A stretch of 64,000 bases of DNA from positions 25,384 through 89,383 of IMG/VR virus record IMGVR_UViG_3300033121_001944. One strand, 5' to 3'. Each line of letters starts with the position of its first letter. The stretch's first letter is position 1. The notes below the pieces were generated by a model. It saw nothing but the letters and a program-made list of their open reading frames with translations, had not been told where the DNA came from and searched no databases. Below are positions 20,222 through 30,262 of the stretch, one piece after another. A program made the translations under genes and the position numbers. The DNA is from a virus (lineage: Duplodnaviria; Caudoviricetes).

Positions 20222-21278
20222 AGCTGAATTTCTCCTTGATGTTATAAACTGAACTAGAGGCTAACTTATTATTATAAGCCATTCTCATTAATTCTTGTGC
20301 ATGTAATACGTTAGGCTTCATCCACGTTTCCCACGATGTATATAGGAAGGGAACCGGGGGATATGCGGTAACACAGGGCATTTCCATAGAATCTACTTTA
20401 GCGATATTTAGCGCTGAATCAATAGCTCCAATGCCTTTTGTGCAGATTACTGGCTTTTCTTTATAGGCTGCATCAATTAAAGGGCGGCAGGTAGACTCAC
20501 CATAACTGAGCGTTATAAAGCAATCACAGGTGTTATGGAGCTTAACCATATTTTCGTCAGATAGCCGATCTAGCAAAAAGATAACTTCTGGGTAATGATG
20601 TGGGTAGTCATACATCCTTGCCGTTGCCTTAACGTGCTGTAATAATTGTTGCACCTTCTGGTTGGCGATAATTGGATCTACGTTATTAGCTACACTCGTC
20701 TTAATGACTAAGACTGCATCATCTTCCTTGCGGAACTCTCTCCAAAAGGCAGTTAATAGATCAAATATATTTTTTCTATCTACTAACTCTCCGATAAAGT
20801 AAAAAGCGAATCTTTTATTGATAACTGAAGCTAAACCATCTAGCTGCCCGCTAACGTCCAATGCTTGAAAATCCATTGGCATGGGAACCACATGAATGGG
20901 CTTTGTAACTCCACTATCAACCAGATTAAGCTTTTCCTGCTCAGTGGCAACTACCAGCTCTTCCATTTCATTCATTCTATCGACCCAGCCAGTCTGCTCT
21001 AAATGGCGGGTTTCTGTAAAACAGGACCCCACATGTTTTCTTACATTAGGGAATCTTTCGAAGAATTGCGGTAAGCACTGCTGAAAATATACGTCCGGCA
21101 CATCGCTTTCTAGTTGTGGAGGTATCCAGTCCGGCAGCTTATTTAATAGAACACTGCCTAGAACAATGGGCTGCACCTTAATTTCATGTGAAGTAAGGGT
21201 AAAAGCTTTAAGGTAATCTCTGGCGGCTTTGCCCCACCCGTCGTTTTGTGGGTACGTACTTTTAACAGCTACTTTCAT
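20184..21278 (-). CDS. glycosyltransferase, GT4-like
   Basis: GWGKAARDY N-terminal loop; FYFIGELVDRKN; CDCFITLSYGESTCRPLIDA; start at 21278 from ATGA overlap. Confidence 0.85.
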   Translation of the reverse strand: MKVAVKSTYPQNDGWGKAARDYLKAFTLTSHEIKVQPIVLGSVLLNKLPDWIPPQLESDVPDVYFQQCLPQFFERFPNVRKHVGSCFTETRHLEQTGWVDRMNEMEELVVATEQEKLNLVDSGVTKPIHVVPMPMDFQALDVSGQLDGLASVINKRFAFYFIGELVDRKNIFDLLTAFWREFRKEDDAVLVIKTSVANNVDPIIANQKVQQLLQHVKATARMYDYPHHYPEVIFLLDRLSDENMVKLHNTCDCFITLSYGESTCRPLIDAAYKEKPVICTKGIGAIDSALNIAKVDSMEMPCVTAYPPVPFLYTSWETWMKPNVLHAQELMRMAYNNKLASSSVYNIKEKFSYESVAKQLDNIM

Positions 21279-22846
21279 GCTAGATAGTCCTCTGGCTGAA
21301 TTTGCTCCAAACCGCATCGAACACGTTCGCACCAGTTCATATGTTCTACCATTCCTTTATATTTCTCAATAATACTTTGTGGAGTTACTGCAGCCATTGT
21401 TTTGCCTTTTAGCTCGTATTGGCAATTCAAAGACTTAATGTTAAGTAAGTTAAATACATTCCAGCTAATATCTGGGATATGCGAAGTCATAGCATGGATA
21501 AATTGAGTAACACTCATCTCGCCAGAAAGCTCTGGGAACGAATATTGTCTAAAAGAGGCTGTCCAGCTTCTCTTGGGCATATCCGCCTTATCTAAAGCCA
21601 TAATCCACTTATCAATAATAAGTTGCCAAGTATATTTCTGTAACACTACAGCCCTACTATTTACTACCGGCTTACGTAGGGCGTGATCTACCATGACTTC
21701 TGCCCATAACTCAATATTTTGAGTAGCTCGCTTAGCGTCAATATTATGCTCAAGCGTCACGGCTGCTGGCTTAACTGGGGTCCCGCCAAACTCCCTTACT
21801 AGCTCTGACATTGCAGAATAATCGGTCGCCATAATGGGGATATTACTAGCGGCAGCCTCAATTTGAGGATAGCCCAGTCCCTCACAAGTACATGGCTGAA
21901 CATAATAGTCCATTATATTATAGACCTCATTGAGTAATACGTCGGGAGGAGAAAAAATGACGTTAGGTGAGAATGCACTCATATCTTGACCTAGAGGAGA
22001 ATAACATCTCTCCCCCTTGAATGTAGAAAAGAAAATACCATTCGTTTTTCTACAGTGGTAAGTGAAGAGCACCTTATTAATTACGCCATGCTCTAGCAGT
22101 AGTGGGATAAGGTTCCACCCCTGGTCTACAAAGCTCGTATGTAAAAGTAGATAGGACCGGGCGGCAATTTCTGGAGGAGCCATTTTCAAGTAAAGAGAAA
22201 AGCTCTCAATGATGTCGGGGAACCGCTTCCGCATTTGATTGCGGGCAACGAAACCAAAAATGATAGCATTTTCAGGTAAATTATACTTTCTGCGTAAAGC
22301 TGACTTATCAAGTGGGCGCATGATATTTGGGTCAATACCCATCCCAATAGAGCCAATAGCTGGTATATTTTGTTCTCGTAAATACTCTGCAGCCCAATCT
22401 GTGTACGTATACACGCTATCAGCTTTAGCGATGATTTGCAAGAAATCTGTCCGTTGAGGAAGAGAGTCAACTGTAGGAGATATCATCCAGTGATAGTATG
22501 GACGAAGTGGACACGTCTGTTCGTGAGCAAATTGCCAAGGATCAGCAGAGGAAACAACATGTGTTGGTTTATAGTGTAGGCAAACCTTATCCCATCTCCA
22601 TACGCCATATTCATTGAATGGATTTGACGCAAACTCCTTGAAGCGGGGATCTGTTGGTTGAACGTTTGTCGGGTAATATTTCCAGGGGACTTTATCTTTT
22701 TGTGAAATGTCGCCGCCAAACCCTACTTCTGCCACTGACTCAAAAAGACCTGAATCCATCAAGCCCTTTAGGAGGTTCCTCTTGTAAACAGCGAATCCGC
22801 TATTTGCAGTTGAGGTATCACCTCCGATGATGATACGTTTTCCCAT
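21275..22846 (-). CDS. glycosyltransferase, GT4-like
   Basis: TANSGFA; GFVARNQMRKRFPD; MDYYVQPCTCEGLGYPQIEAAASNIPIMATDYS. Confidence 0.9.
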   Translation of the reverse strand: MGKRIIIGGDTSTANSGFAVYKRNLLKGLMDSGLFESVAEVGFGGDISQKDKVPWKYYPTNVQPTDPRFKEFASNPFNEYGVWRWDKVCLHYKPTHVVSSADPWQFAHEQTCPLRPYYHWMISPTVDSLPQRTDFLQIIAKADSVYTYTDWAAEYLREQNIPAIGSIGMGIDPNIMRPLDKSALRRKYNLPENAIIFGFVARNQMRKRFPDIIESFSLYLKMAPPEIAARSYLLLHTSFVDQGWNLIPLLLEHGVINKVLFTYHCRKTNGIFFSTFKGERCYSPLGQDMSAFSPNVIFSPPDVLLNEVYNIMDYYVQPCTCEGLGYPQIEAAASNIPIMATDYSAMSELVREFGGTPVKPAAVTLEHNIDAKRATQNIELWAEVMVDHALRKPVVNSRAVVLQKYTWQLIIDKWIMALDKADMPKRSWTASFRQYSFPELSGEMSVTQFIHAMTSHIPDISWNVFNLLNIKSLNCQYELKGKTMAAVTPQSIIEKYKGMVEHMNWCERVRCGLEQIQPEDYLA

Positions 22847-22848
22847 TA

Positions 22849-24489
22849 CTAGATCTGTTGAATCCTATTAATTAATAGCGAGCCTTCTCGCCCCTTATTG
22901 CCTCGCGAGCCCATTACGAGGACTTTATTGCCTTGAAAAAGTTTAGAGCGAAACTCTAACCACACTTCAGGAAATGCGGTCGCGCTCAGCTTTTGGGTCC
23001 CATCTTTCAGTTCTATAAAAGCCATTTCTCTACCAGCATCTTTACCTTTGGTAAGATACAACTTAACATTATTGATTGTAGCAGCAATTCTGTATTCGTC
23101 AAGCTTTTTCTTTTCAAGAAACTCTTCACATGTACAGTTTGCAACTTCTCCCCCGTCTACCTCTGAGCAGGTGAAGGCGTATCCTAAAAAGTGGTTTTCC
23201 CACTCAAATAATTTGCTCTTAGGGTCCATCATAGAAATCGGCGGCTTTTCTAGCTGGCTGGCAATCTGCATAACTTTATTTAAGGTGACCTGGGTAGCGC
23301 AAAGCTTGCCCTTCCCCTTACCCATATGAGCGACCTCTCTTAAGGCATCTAAAAACGACCCTTTATAATCTCTGACAAATTCCTTAATGCCCTCATTGAG
23401 CTTACCAAATTTATCTGATTCATACAGCATTTTTGTGCGGGTCTTACCAATGTAGTCGATAGCTCCGCTCTTTATTAGAGCCTCTGCCGCGTCTGATGAG
23501 GTATGGTCTAAATGCCACATCATTTCATTCCAAGTGCTGCCGCTGCTGGCAATATATTCATGTCCATTAAAGGACTCCCAGAATTTAGCCAATTTGGTAG
23601 CCCCGACACTTTTAATGCGGGCTAGACCAAAATGAATCGTACCTTTCTCAAGTGAGAAATCTGCATTGCGCACCCTCAGGTCCGGCTTTACAATCTTCAC
23701 TTTAAAATTTAAGGCATCATCTATAACGGCACCAATATCTTCAATAGTCTTAGCGTGCTCTAGTTCAGATAGGAAAAATACGCGGGGAAAATGAGCTTTT
23801 GGATAAGCTGAGAAATAGAGGGCGTCCAGAGAATAGGCAAGCGAATGGCTTTTATTAAAACTGTAACGTTGCCCCGCCTCGATAATAGAAAATATAGCTT
23901 CTGCCTCCTCTTGGGTCAGCTTTGCATGAGATTTACACCCGTCTATGAATTTATTTTTAAACTTAGCCATTAGTTCTGGCAGTTTCTTAGCACATGCCTT
24001 TAGTAGGGCGTAAGACTCACTTCCATTAAACCCCGCCAACTCCGTAGCGATCTTCATGTAGTCTTCTTGGTAGAGTCCTAAGCCGTACCCATCTTTTAGA
24101 ATTTCTGACAAACTAGGGTGAATTGGAACTACTGCATCCACCCCGTTCTTTCTGTCAATATAGTGCTTTTTAAGAGTTTTACCGTCCATTTCGGCATCTC
24201 CCACGCCGGGGCGGATAATAGAAATGACGTCGCTCAACTCTTCTTCCGTGATCGGTTTGCACTGATAGGCGGCATTCTGACCGAGAGGGGTCTCCAATTG
24301 GAAAACCCCTTTTGTCAAGCCGGTAGAAATAAGTCCCCAAATACGGGGGCATCTAATATTGGCTTTTTCCGGTTCGTAATTAACGCCAATGATCTCGCCA
24401 TCTTTTTCGGCGACTTCCCATTGGCAACCACAATCAAACGTCTTTAAGTACCTGCGGACGCCATGTAACTCTTGGTGCGACTCGTTCAT
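22849..24489 (-). CDS. dnaE: DNA polymerase III alpha, C-terminal part (fingers, HhH, OB)
   Basis: GVFQLE, LYQED, YSFNKSHSLAYS, FGLARIKSVG, EMAFIELKDG. Confidence 0.9.
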   Translation of the reverse strand: MNESHQELHGVRRYLKTFDCGCQWEVAEKDGEIIGVNYEPEKANIRCPRIWGLISTGLTKGVFQLETPLGQNAAYQCKPITEEELSDVISIIRPGVGDAEMDGKTLKKHYIDRKNGVDAVVPIHPSLSEILKDGYGLGLYQEDYMKIATELAGFNGSESYALLKACAKKLPELMAKFKNKFIDGCKSHAKLTQEEAEAIFSIIEAGQRYSFNKSHSLAYSLDALYFSAYPKAHFPRVFFLSELEHAKTIEDIGAVIDDALNFKVKIVKPDLRVRNADFSLEKGTIHFGLARIKSVGATKLAKFWESFNGHEYIASSGSTWNEMMWHLDHTSSDAAEALIKSGAIDYIGKTRTKMLYESDKFGKLNEGIKEFVRDYKGSFLDALREVAHMGKGKGKLCATQVTLNKVMQIASQLEKPPISMMDPKSKLFEWENHFLGYAFTCSEVDGGEVANCTCEEFLEKKKLDEYRIAATINNVKLYLTKGKDAGREMAFIELKDGTQKLSATAFPEVWLEFRSKLFQGNKVLVMGSRGNKGREGSLLINRIQQI

Positions 24490-25117
24490 AAATTCCTAGA
24501 AACCTTTTAATAATGTCGGCACAGTCTATAACGTCTTTTTTAGCGTCGTGAGCACCAAATTTATCAATGCCGAAGAAGTCTCGCAAGCTATCTAAACTTA
24601 AGCTTTTTGGGCGATCATCAGCCCACATAAACCATTGGGTAGACAGATCTAGTAGGTCAACAACCTCATTTTCTCGCTTGCTAAATGGGATCTTCTTCTT
24701 GAATTTCTCATTATAGCGAGCTGTAATCGGTAGGTCAAATCCGCGAATGTTTTGTCCGCCAGCCATTGGGGTTTCGTCAAATTTACTACTTTTAGCATAA
24801 CTCTTGACGTATTTATAGAATTCATCCCAAGCTTCCTTTTCTGGGACCCCTTGGAGCCATCGCTCGTGAACTTCACTTGCGGTACACCGCTGATGTTTAG
24901 AGTGCCACTCTATCGTTTGTTGATGAGCGGCAAAGTATCCTTCTTGATCAGCATCATCTGGACGAACATCTATATTAAAGACTTCGTCCACTAGAATGTC
25001 AAGATTCCTCAGGTCCATTGGGACTGCCGCTATCTGGACTATCCCCAATTGGTTGATCTTGTCCGGCGACCAGTCCGTCTCGTAATCGAACACTATCAAA
25101 TAACGATTCCTGCTCAT
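24434..25117 (-). CDS. DEDDh 3'-5' exonuclease (epsilon/RNase T-like)
   Basis: VFDYET, GQNIRGFDL, HDAKKDV. Confidence 0.85.
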   Translation of the reverse strand: MSRNRYLIVFDYETDWSPDKINQLGIVQIAAVPMDLRNLDILVDEVFNIDVRPDDADQEGYFAAHQQTIEWHSKHQRCTASEVHERWLQGVPEKEAWDEFYKYVKSYAKSSKFDETPMAGGQNIRGFDLPITARYNEKFKKKIPFSKRENEVVDLLDLSTQWFMWADDRPKSLSLDSLRDFFGIDKFGAHDAKKDVIDCADIIKRFLGIYERVAPRVTWRPQVLKDV

Positions 25118-25307
25118 TCAAATCTTCTTTCTTTTTCTTTTTCTTGGGTTTATCAATCTTCTCAACGAACATCATGGTGGGGAACTCTCGCGCCTCACCT
25201 GTATGGCAGTTTTCGCAAATCCCTTTACGCTTATCTTTTAGAATAAAATCGTTATCGCCAAGTCGGAAGTAATCTCCGACGTTTAACATACATAACCTAG
25301 GCTTCAA
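24999..25307 (-). CDS. small hypothetical protein
   Basis: Coupled to the upstream gene; N-terminal 52 aa resemble 25297-25479; C-terminal tail overlaps the exonuclease. Confidence 0.5.
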   Translation of the reverse strand: MKPRLCMLNVGDYFRLGDNDFILKDKRKGICENCHTGEAREFPTMMFVEKIDKPKKKKKKEDLNEQESLFDSVRLRDGLVAGQDQPIGDSPDSGSPNGPEES

Positions 25308-25479
25308 GTTTTTCTACCTCCTGATTGGCATCGAACGTTTTCTTGACATCTAAGTTTCCGTCAACATGAGCGTTATAAAGGATCTTGCAACAGCTCTTCT
25401 TAACGGGAACAACTTTGATCCAAGTCAGTCCGTCATATTTAAATTTTGCACCCAGAGCGATAGAACTAAAACGCACCAT
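25297..25479 (-). CDS. small hypothetical protein
   Basis: 60 aa, overlaps the dnaE-N stop. Confidence 0.55.
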   Translation of the reverse strand: MVRFSSIALGAKFKYDGLTWIKVVPVKKSCCKILYNAHVDGNLDVKKTFDANQEVEKLEA

Positions 25480-27127
25480 TTTTAAGTCTCCTTCTGATAT
25501 AATCAGCTTTATCTAAGAGGTCCAACCCGAGTAAATCTAGCTTTACAAGCCCAAGCTTTTCAGCATCATCCATATTTACGCCAACGACATATCTGCCCGC
25601 TGAAACGTCCCATATGAGTGGGGCTTTCTTGTAGATCGGCTCGTTAGCTAGAGCGTAAGCACTCGCATGGCGCCCCCTACCTTGGATAACCTTATCTATC
25701 GCGATGGCGGCTTGAAACTCTTGACCGTACGGTCCATCAAATTCCTTGCTACACCACTGGGCAAATTCTTCCATATTATTAATACACCACAGAATGAGAG
25801 AGTCGGTGCCTGTCTCATCCTTCTGGACCTTCAGCTCTGGGGCGATTTTTGCCTCGGGAGGCATTTTCTTCGTGATAAAATTCTGTTCAGAAGCATCAAC
25901 CCCTAGTGCCCTAAATACCGTTTTGAGACCAGCCGCCCCTTTTAATGTGTTAAATGTGGCAAGTTGAGCGAATCTCTCTGGTCCATACTTACTCTCGATA
26001 TAAGCGATAATGTCATCTCGTTTAGATGGGGGGACGTCCGTATCGATATCTGGCAACCCGCCACGGTCGGCGCTATAAAACCGCTCAAATAGGAGGTTAT
26101 ACTTGATGGGGTCCACATTAGTGATCCCAGTTAAATAAGATGTTAGGCAGCCCCCAGCACTTCCTCGTCCCACCCCCACGAGAATGCCTTGAGACTTAGC
26201 CCACCTAATAATGTCCTGCATAATGACGAAATAGCCAGAAATATCGGCTTTAGCTATGACGTCTAACTCTAGCTTAATCCGATCAATATATTCTTGAGAA
26301 TTCAGCCCCTTCGACTTATAGCCGTCACGGCAAAGCTGTCGCAAATAATCTTCCTGGCTAACCCCCTTTGGCGTGTCGAAGTGGGGCAGCTCTTGCTTAT
26401 ATGTAATGGAAAACTCTTCGATCTGACTATAAATCTTGCCAGTATTATCAATCTCTTCCTGAGAGAGCCCCCGCGATCTAAGATCTTCCTCCGTTAGGAT
26501 ATAGTAAACATTCTCTGAGAATAAGCGATGCGACGACCCTTTGATTGTAGTCTTTAAATAGTTTGCAAATAAATATTGGTTGATGTGCCACTGGCTGGGT
26601 TTCAAATAATGGTTGGGGGAAATAGCAACCTTTGGGAGGCAGGACTTTCTTAATTCGTCAAATTTCTCGGGGTACGAGATCGGGTCCAGCCCAATGAAAA
26701 CATCTCCCTTATCGCAATGACGCTCAAAGATGTCAACGAACTTATCTCTAATAACGACAATTAGGTTGCCGCGTAACCTCTGAATAAATTCAAAGGCGTC
26801 CATCCTGGGTCCCATTTTGTAGTTAGCTGGGTCATTTGCTTTATACACTATATATAATAGCTCTTCCCACCCAGCTTTATTTTTGGCATAGACGTTCACA
26901 TACGTTTCCTCTTCTCCACCTATAAGCTTGAGCTGCATCCCTAGCATGGGCTTCAGACCCGCTTTCTTCATGGCAGAGTCGTATTTAACACACATAAATA
27001 ATTGGTCTACATCAGCCAGCCCGATAGATAGATAGCCAGCTTCCTTAGCGAACTGTGCGACCTCGTCTGGGAAGATCTGAGAGACGAGTGGCGTGCCGTG
27101 TGTTAAACACATCAAGGGAACGTACAT
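25466..27127 (-). CDS. dnaE: DNA polymerase III alpha, N-terminal part (PHP + catalytic palm)
   Basis: GVGRGSAGGCL, LLFERF, LPDIDTD, GRHASA, KLDLLGL. Confidence 0.95.
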   Translation of the reverse strand: MYVPLMCLTHGTPLVSQIFPDEVAQFAKEAGYLSIGLADVDQLFMCVKYDSAMKKAGLKPMLGMQLKLIGGEEETYVNVYAKNKAGWEELLYIVYKANDPANYKMGPRMDAFEFIQRLRGNLIVVIRDKFVDIFERHCDKGDVFIGLDPISYPEKFDELRKSCLPKVAISPNHYLKPSQWHINQYLFANYLKTTIKGSSHRLFSENVYYILTEEDLRSRGLSQEEIDNTGKIYSQIEEFSITYKQELPHFDTPKGVSQEDYLRQLCRDGYKSKGLNSQEYIDRIKLELDVIAKADISGYFVIMQDIIRWAKSQGILVGVGRGSAGGCLTSYLTGITNVDPIKYNLLFERFYSADRGGLPDIDTDVPPSKRDDIIAYIESKYGPERFAQLATFNTLKGAAGLKTVFRALGVDASEQNFITKKMPPEAKIAPELKVQKDETGTDSLILWCINNMEEFAQWCSKEFDGPYGQEFQAAIAIDKVIQGRGRHASAYALANEPIYKKAPLIWDVSAGRYVVGVNMDDAEKLGLVKLDLLGLDLLDKADYIRRRLKNGAF

Positions 27128-27137
27128 TGATCAATCC

Positions 27138-27539
27138 TTAAAACGGGATATCTGCGTCTAGCTCTTCATCAATTGCGACTGGAGTATCCTCTAGTGTCTT
27201 ACGAGACACCTTTCCTCCTCCACCACCGCTAGAACCAGAAGATACCTTCTTATAGTCATTTACCTGAACGGTAAGGTATTGCTTGCTCTTATACTCCCGA
27301 AAATGGAGCGCGCCAGTTACGAACACTAGGTCTCCATCGCTCAAGATTTTGGCGGCAGTTTCACCTCTCTTGCCCCAGACTGACAAGGTCATCTCTACTG
27401 GATCGTCGCTGTCCTTGTAAGACCAAGCGTGAGTGGCTGATAGTTCTGTGACTGTACTAGAGCCTACCTCCCTCTCCTTCGCATTCCCATTAATCCTAAA
27501 AAGCCCATTAAATGAATTACACACTTTTAGCTCTCCCAT
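27138..27539 (-). CDS. ssb: single-stranded DNA-binding protein
   Basis: OB fold (VWGKRGE...GDLVFVTG), Gly linker, C-terminal DIPF. Confidence 0.9.
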   Translation of the reverse strand: MGELKVCNSFNGLFRINGNAKEREVGSSTVTELSATHAWSYKDSDDPVEMTLSVWGKRGETAAKILSDGDLVFVTGALHFREYKSKQYLTVQVNDYKKVSSGSSGGGGGKVSRKTLEDTPVAIDEELDADIPF

Positions 27540-28530
27540 TTTCTATTGTGGATTCTAGTCCACGGTAATCAAGAAAAACTTTAACGCTATCACAAACACA
27601 TGCTTTACCATCTACATCGTCAAAATGTGGATTAGTGAGCTTTGTATGAGAAATATTTAAGTCAGAACGTCCCCAGCTCTCAAAATTAGTCTTCTTAAAG
27701 GGACACATATTACATTTCCAAGTATAGCGTGGCTGAGGCTTTCGCATACCCTTAATCCGAGAAATTGTTGCTTCAACCTTCTCCATCAAGTGAGATTCCT
27801 GTTCACGACTAAAGATATGTGTGAATGCCTTACCCACTTTAACAAACCAAAGATTTGCTACAATATCTTCTTCGTCTGGAAAATGGTGGCGTAGAGCCCA
27901 ATAATACATGCAGAGCTGAGTATCGTAGATAAGGTGGGCTGTATCTTTTTCCTTATCGGTTGCCCAATCTTTTGTAGATGAGCCAAATTTATAATCAATA
28001 AAGTTCAGCGTGCCTCGCTTGTCTCGAAATACAAGATCGATAAAGCCGTTAAGCTGGATATTCCCCCCTTCAATTTCTCCATCTGTAAGGTAAGAGTATT
28101 TAGCCCAAGACTTATTAATCGGAAGAAAAAAGTCGCTCTCTGGCTGAATAACCTCTTTATGGTTTTCTGGAAAAAGGCGGTGAGCTTGAGCTTTACGTAT
28201 ATTTGAGCAAACTTCCCTATAGTCTTTATCTGTAAAAGTTAGGTGTGATTCAAGCTTCGTATAATATTCATAAATAATATCTGTCCATTTTTGGATATCG
28301 TAGTCAGCTTTAATGTCGCCAACTATTTCGTCCTCTAAATGGGTCAGCCCCCCTTGCCTAACTAATTTAGATTTAGCTATACACTCTAGTACATAATGGC
28401 AAATAGTGCCTAATACTGCCGCTCTACCTGATGGTTCGCGGTAACCTAATGTATATTGCAAAAACCACTTTAATTCGCAAGAGTCGAATGTATTAATCGA
28501 GCTTGCACTTAACTTTTTTAACTTAATCAT
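27517..28530 (-). CDS. PD-(D/E)XK (RecB/Cas4-like) exonuclease
   Basis: LSASSINTFDSC; GFIDLV...IDYKFG; QLCMY; CNMCPF...C. Confidence 0.85.
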   Translation of the reverse strand: MIKLKKLSASSINTFDSCELKWFLQYTLGYREPSGRAAVLGTICHYVLECIAKSKLVRQGGLTHLEDEIVGDIKADYDIQKWTDIIYEYYTKLESHLTFTDKDYREVCSNIRKAQAHRLFPENHKEVIQPESDFFLPINKSWAKYSYLTDGEIEGGNIQLNGFIDLVFRDKRGTLNFIDYKFGSSTKDWATDKEKDTAHLIYDTQLCMYYWALRHHFPDEEDIVANLWFVKVGKAFTHIFSREQESHLMEKVEATISRIKGMRKPQPRYTWKCNMCPFKKTNFESWGRSDLNISHTKLTNPHFDDVDGKACVCDSVKVFLDYRGLESTIENGRAKSV

Positions 28531-29354
28531 TTAATCTTTGAAAAAACCTCTAGTTCCTTTAATGACTCATAAAGAGTGCGGTTCAAACAGCGGACATCTT
28601 CACAATTTTGATTATCCACGATAGCGTCCCATCTGTTAAAATCTACAAAACCGTTTTCGCTCGCATGCTCACCAGCATTTACCGGTACATGCTTATTTAA
28701 ATAAATACAGAGACCGCCAGCCTCTTTAATTGCTGTCGCCTCATTATCGAATCGACAGTCGTAAACAATGGCGATCTTAGGGGCATCTCGCCGAATTTGG
28801 TTCATCAAATAATTGATCCAGCAGTTCGAATGGATTTTGCGACAAACTTCTGTGCCAAAATATTGAAGTATATCCCTGATTGACATATAGCCGGGCTCAT
28901 GATAATAGACTGAGAACCCCTCATCTTTCATCCCGAGCAAGCTTTCTCTTTTCTCAACAAACTTTTTGGTGGCTTGAAAGAGGTCTTTTCTTGTCATAAT
29001 GCCGGGCATATCTTGCCAGCGAATGTGCGTTAGCTTATTTTTATCGGCATCGCTACCGAACGCATCTTTAATATTTAGATTAAATAAATCACAAACGATA
29101 TGTTTGAGACCATCTGCGAATCCATATAACTTAACAAATGATGGGGCAATATCGTTAACATGTACAGTTTTTCCATCTACTGAAATCGATCCATCTTCGT
29201 TAGATTTAAATTCTTCGACATAGCCATGGGTTACTAGATTAATGCCCGCAATAAAATTAGCTGAAGCGTTTTTCCCTGACTTAATTCTGCCGCCTATTCC
29301 GATAAGTCGGCTAGTATTGGCAAGACTCTCTCTTTGATGTGTTGAATCGGACAT
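28527..29354 (-). CDS. deoxynucleoside monophosphate kinase
   Basis: IGIGGRIKSGK; FADGLK; RDILQYFGTE; DCRFDNE; HASE. Confidence 0.85.
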   Translation of the reverse strand: MSDSTHQRESLANTSRLIGIGGRIKSGKNASANFIAGINLVTHGYVEEFKSNEDGSISVDGKTVHVNDIAPSFVKLYGFADGLKHIVCDLFNLNIKDAFGSDADKNKLTHIRWQDMPGIMTRKDLFQATKKFVEKRESLLGMKDEGFSVYYHEPGYMSIRDILQYFGTEVCRKIHSNCWINYLMNQIRRDAPKIAIVYDCRFDNEATAIKEAGGLCIYLNKHVPVNAGEHASENGFVDFNRWDAIVDNQNCEDVRCLNRTLYESLKELEVFSKIK

Positions 29355-30262
29355 TCACCTAAATCCTCATAATCTATTTTTGGGATAATAATATTATATA
29401 AGCCCTTGAGCTTTTTTACAATTCGTGCTGTGGCATTTTTTCCAGCTTCTCCATTGTCCATAGCTAACACTAAATTAAGAACGCCATAATGGCTGAGTAG
29501 CCTCATTTGCTCAAAGCTAATTTCTGTTCCAAATAAGGCGAGCCCGCAATGAATGCCAGCCTCTTCCAATCGCCAGATGTTTCCGGGGCTTTCTACTAAA
29601 ATACAGGTATTTGTTTTTTCTATATGTTTTTTAGCAAACCAGCTATTGTAAAGAGTTTTATTTCTTTCAAAGTTACTGTGGAGCCATTTAATCTTACTTT
29701 TTCCAGTAATATCTCGCCCCGTATATCCAACAGCGAACTCATATTCTTCATCATAAATCGGAGCTACACACCTATTGTAAAAATCAGACTTCTTATTAGT
29801 GCATAATCCTATATCGTATTTATCAAGAACTTCAGGCGTGTATCCTCGCCCCAAATAATAGTCTGCCGGAATATTTAGTCGCTTTCTAACCTGCTCTCTA
29901 GTCGCTTTAGGTGAATCTCTCTTATCATCTTTCAGGAAGAAGACGTTGTTAATGGAGTCAAACTCAATCTTGAATTTGCCACCTAGCAAATCATTGATAA
30001 ACTGATGAGCCTCTCCAAAGGTAACTTCTTTACCAAGCTTTTTTTCAAGTAAGCAGCGTGTTAGCCCAAAAATTCCGGCGCCGTATTTCTCATGGCAGCC
30101 CAACGTGAAGCATCGCCACGCGCCACTTTCTTTATAAACAGAAAAAGCTGTTTCGTTATCCCCATCATGTATTGGACAATTACAGCTATATCTATTGATA
30201 TATTCTTTTGGCTCAATATTAAACGCTTTAAAAATGGCGTCAATTGCTTTGCTGTAATCCAT
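29294..30262 (-). CDS. dnaG: DNA primase (CHC2 Zn finger + TOPRIM)
   Basis: CPIHDGD...WRCFTLGC; LVES...; LAMDNGEAG. Confidence 0.85.
   Translation of the reverse strand: MDYSKAIDAIFKAFNIEPKEYINRYSCNCPIHDGDNETAFSVYKESGAWRCFTLGCHEKYGAGIFGLTRCLLEKKLGKEVTFGEAHQFINDLLGGKFKIEFDSINNVFFLKDDKRDSPKATREQVRKRLNIPADYYLGRGYTPEVLDKYDIGLCTNKKSDFYNRCVAPIYDEEYEFAVGYTGRDITGKSKIKWLHSNFERNKTLYNSWFAKKHIEKTNTCILVESPGNIWRLEEAGIHCGLALFGTEISFEQMRLLSHYGVLNLVLAMDNGEAGKNATARIVKKLKGLYNIIIPKIDYEDLGECPIQHIKERVLPILADLSE

Noticed and set aside
24400-25560. Split intein joining the DnaE halves
   Set aside because: No Cys/Ser-start N-intein at the end of the N-terminal half and no HN-C/S block at the start of the C-terminal half
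27517-28530. Cas4 / CRISPR-Cas system
   Set aside because: Lone RecB-family nuclease in a replication operon; no cas1/cas2 or array seen
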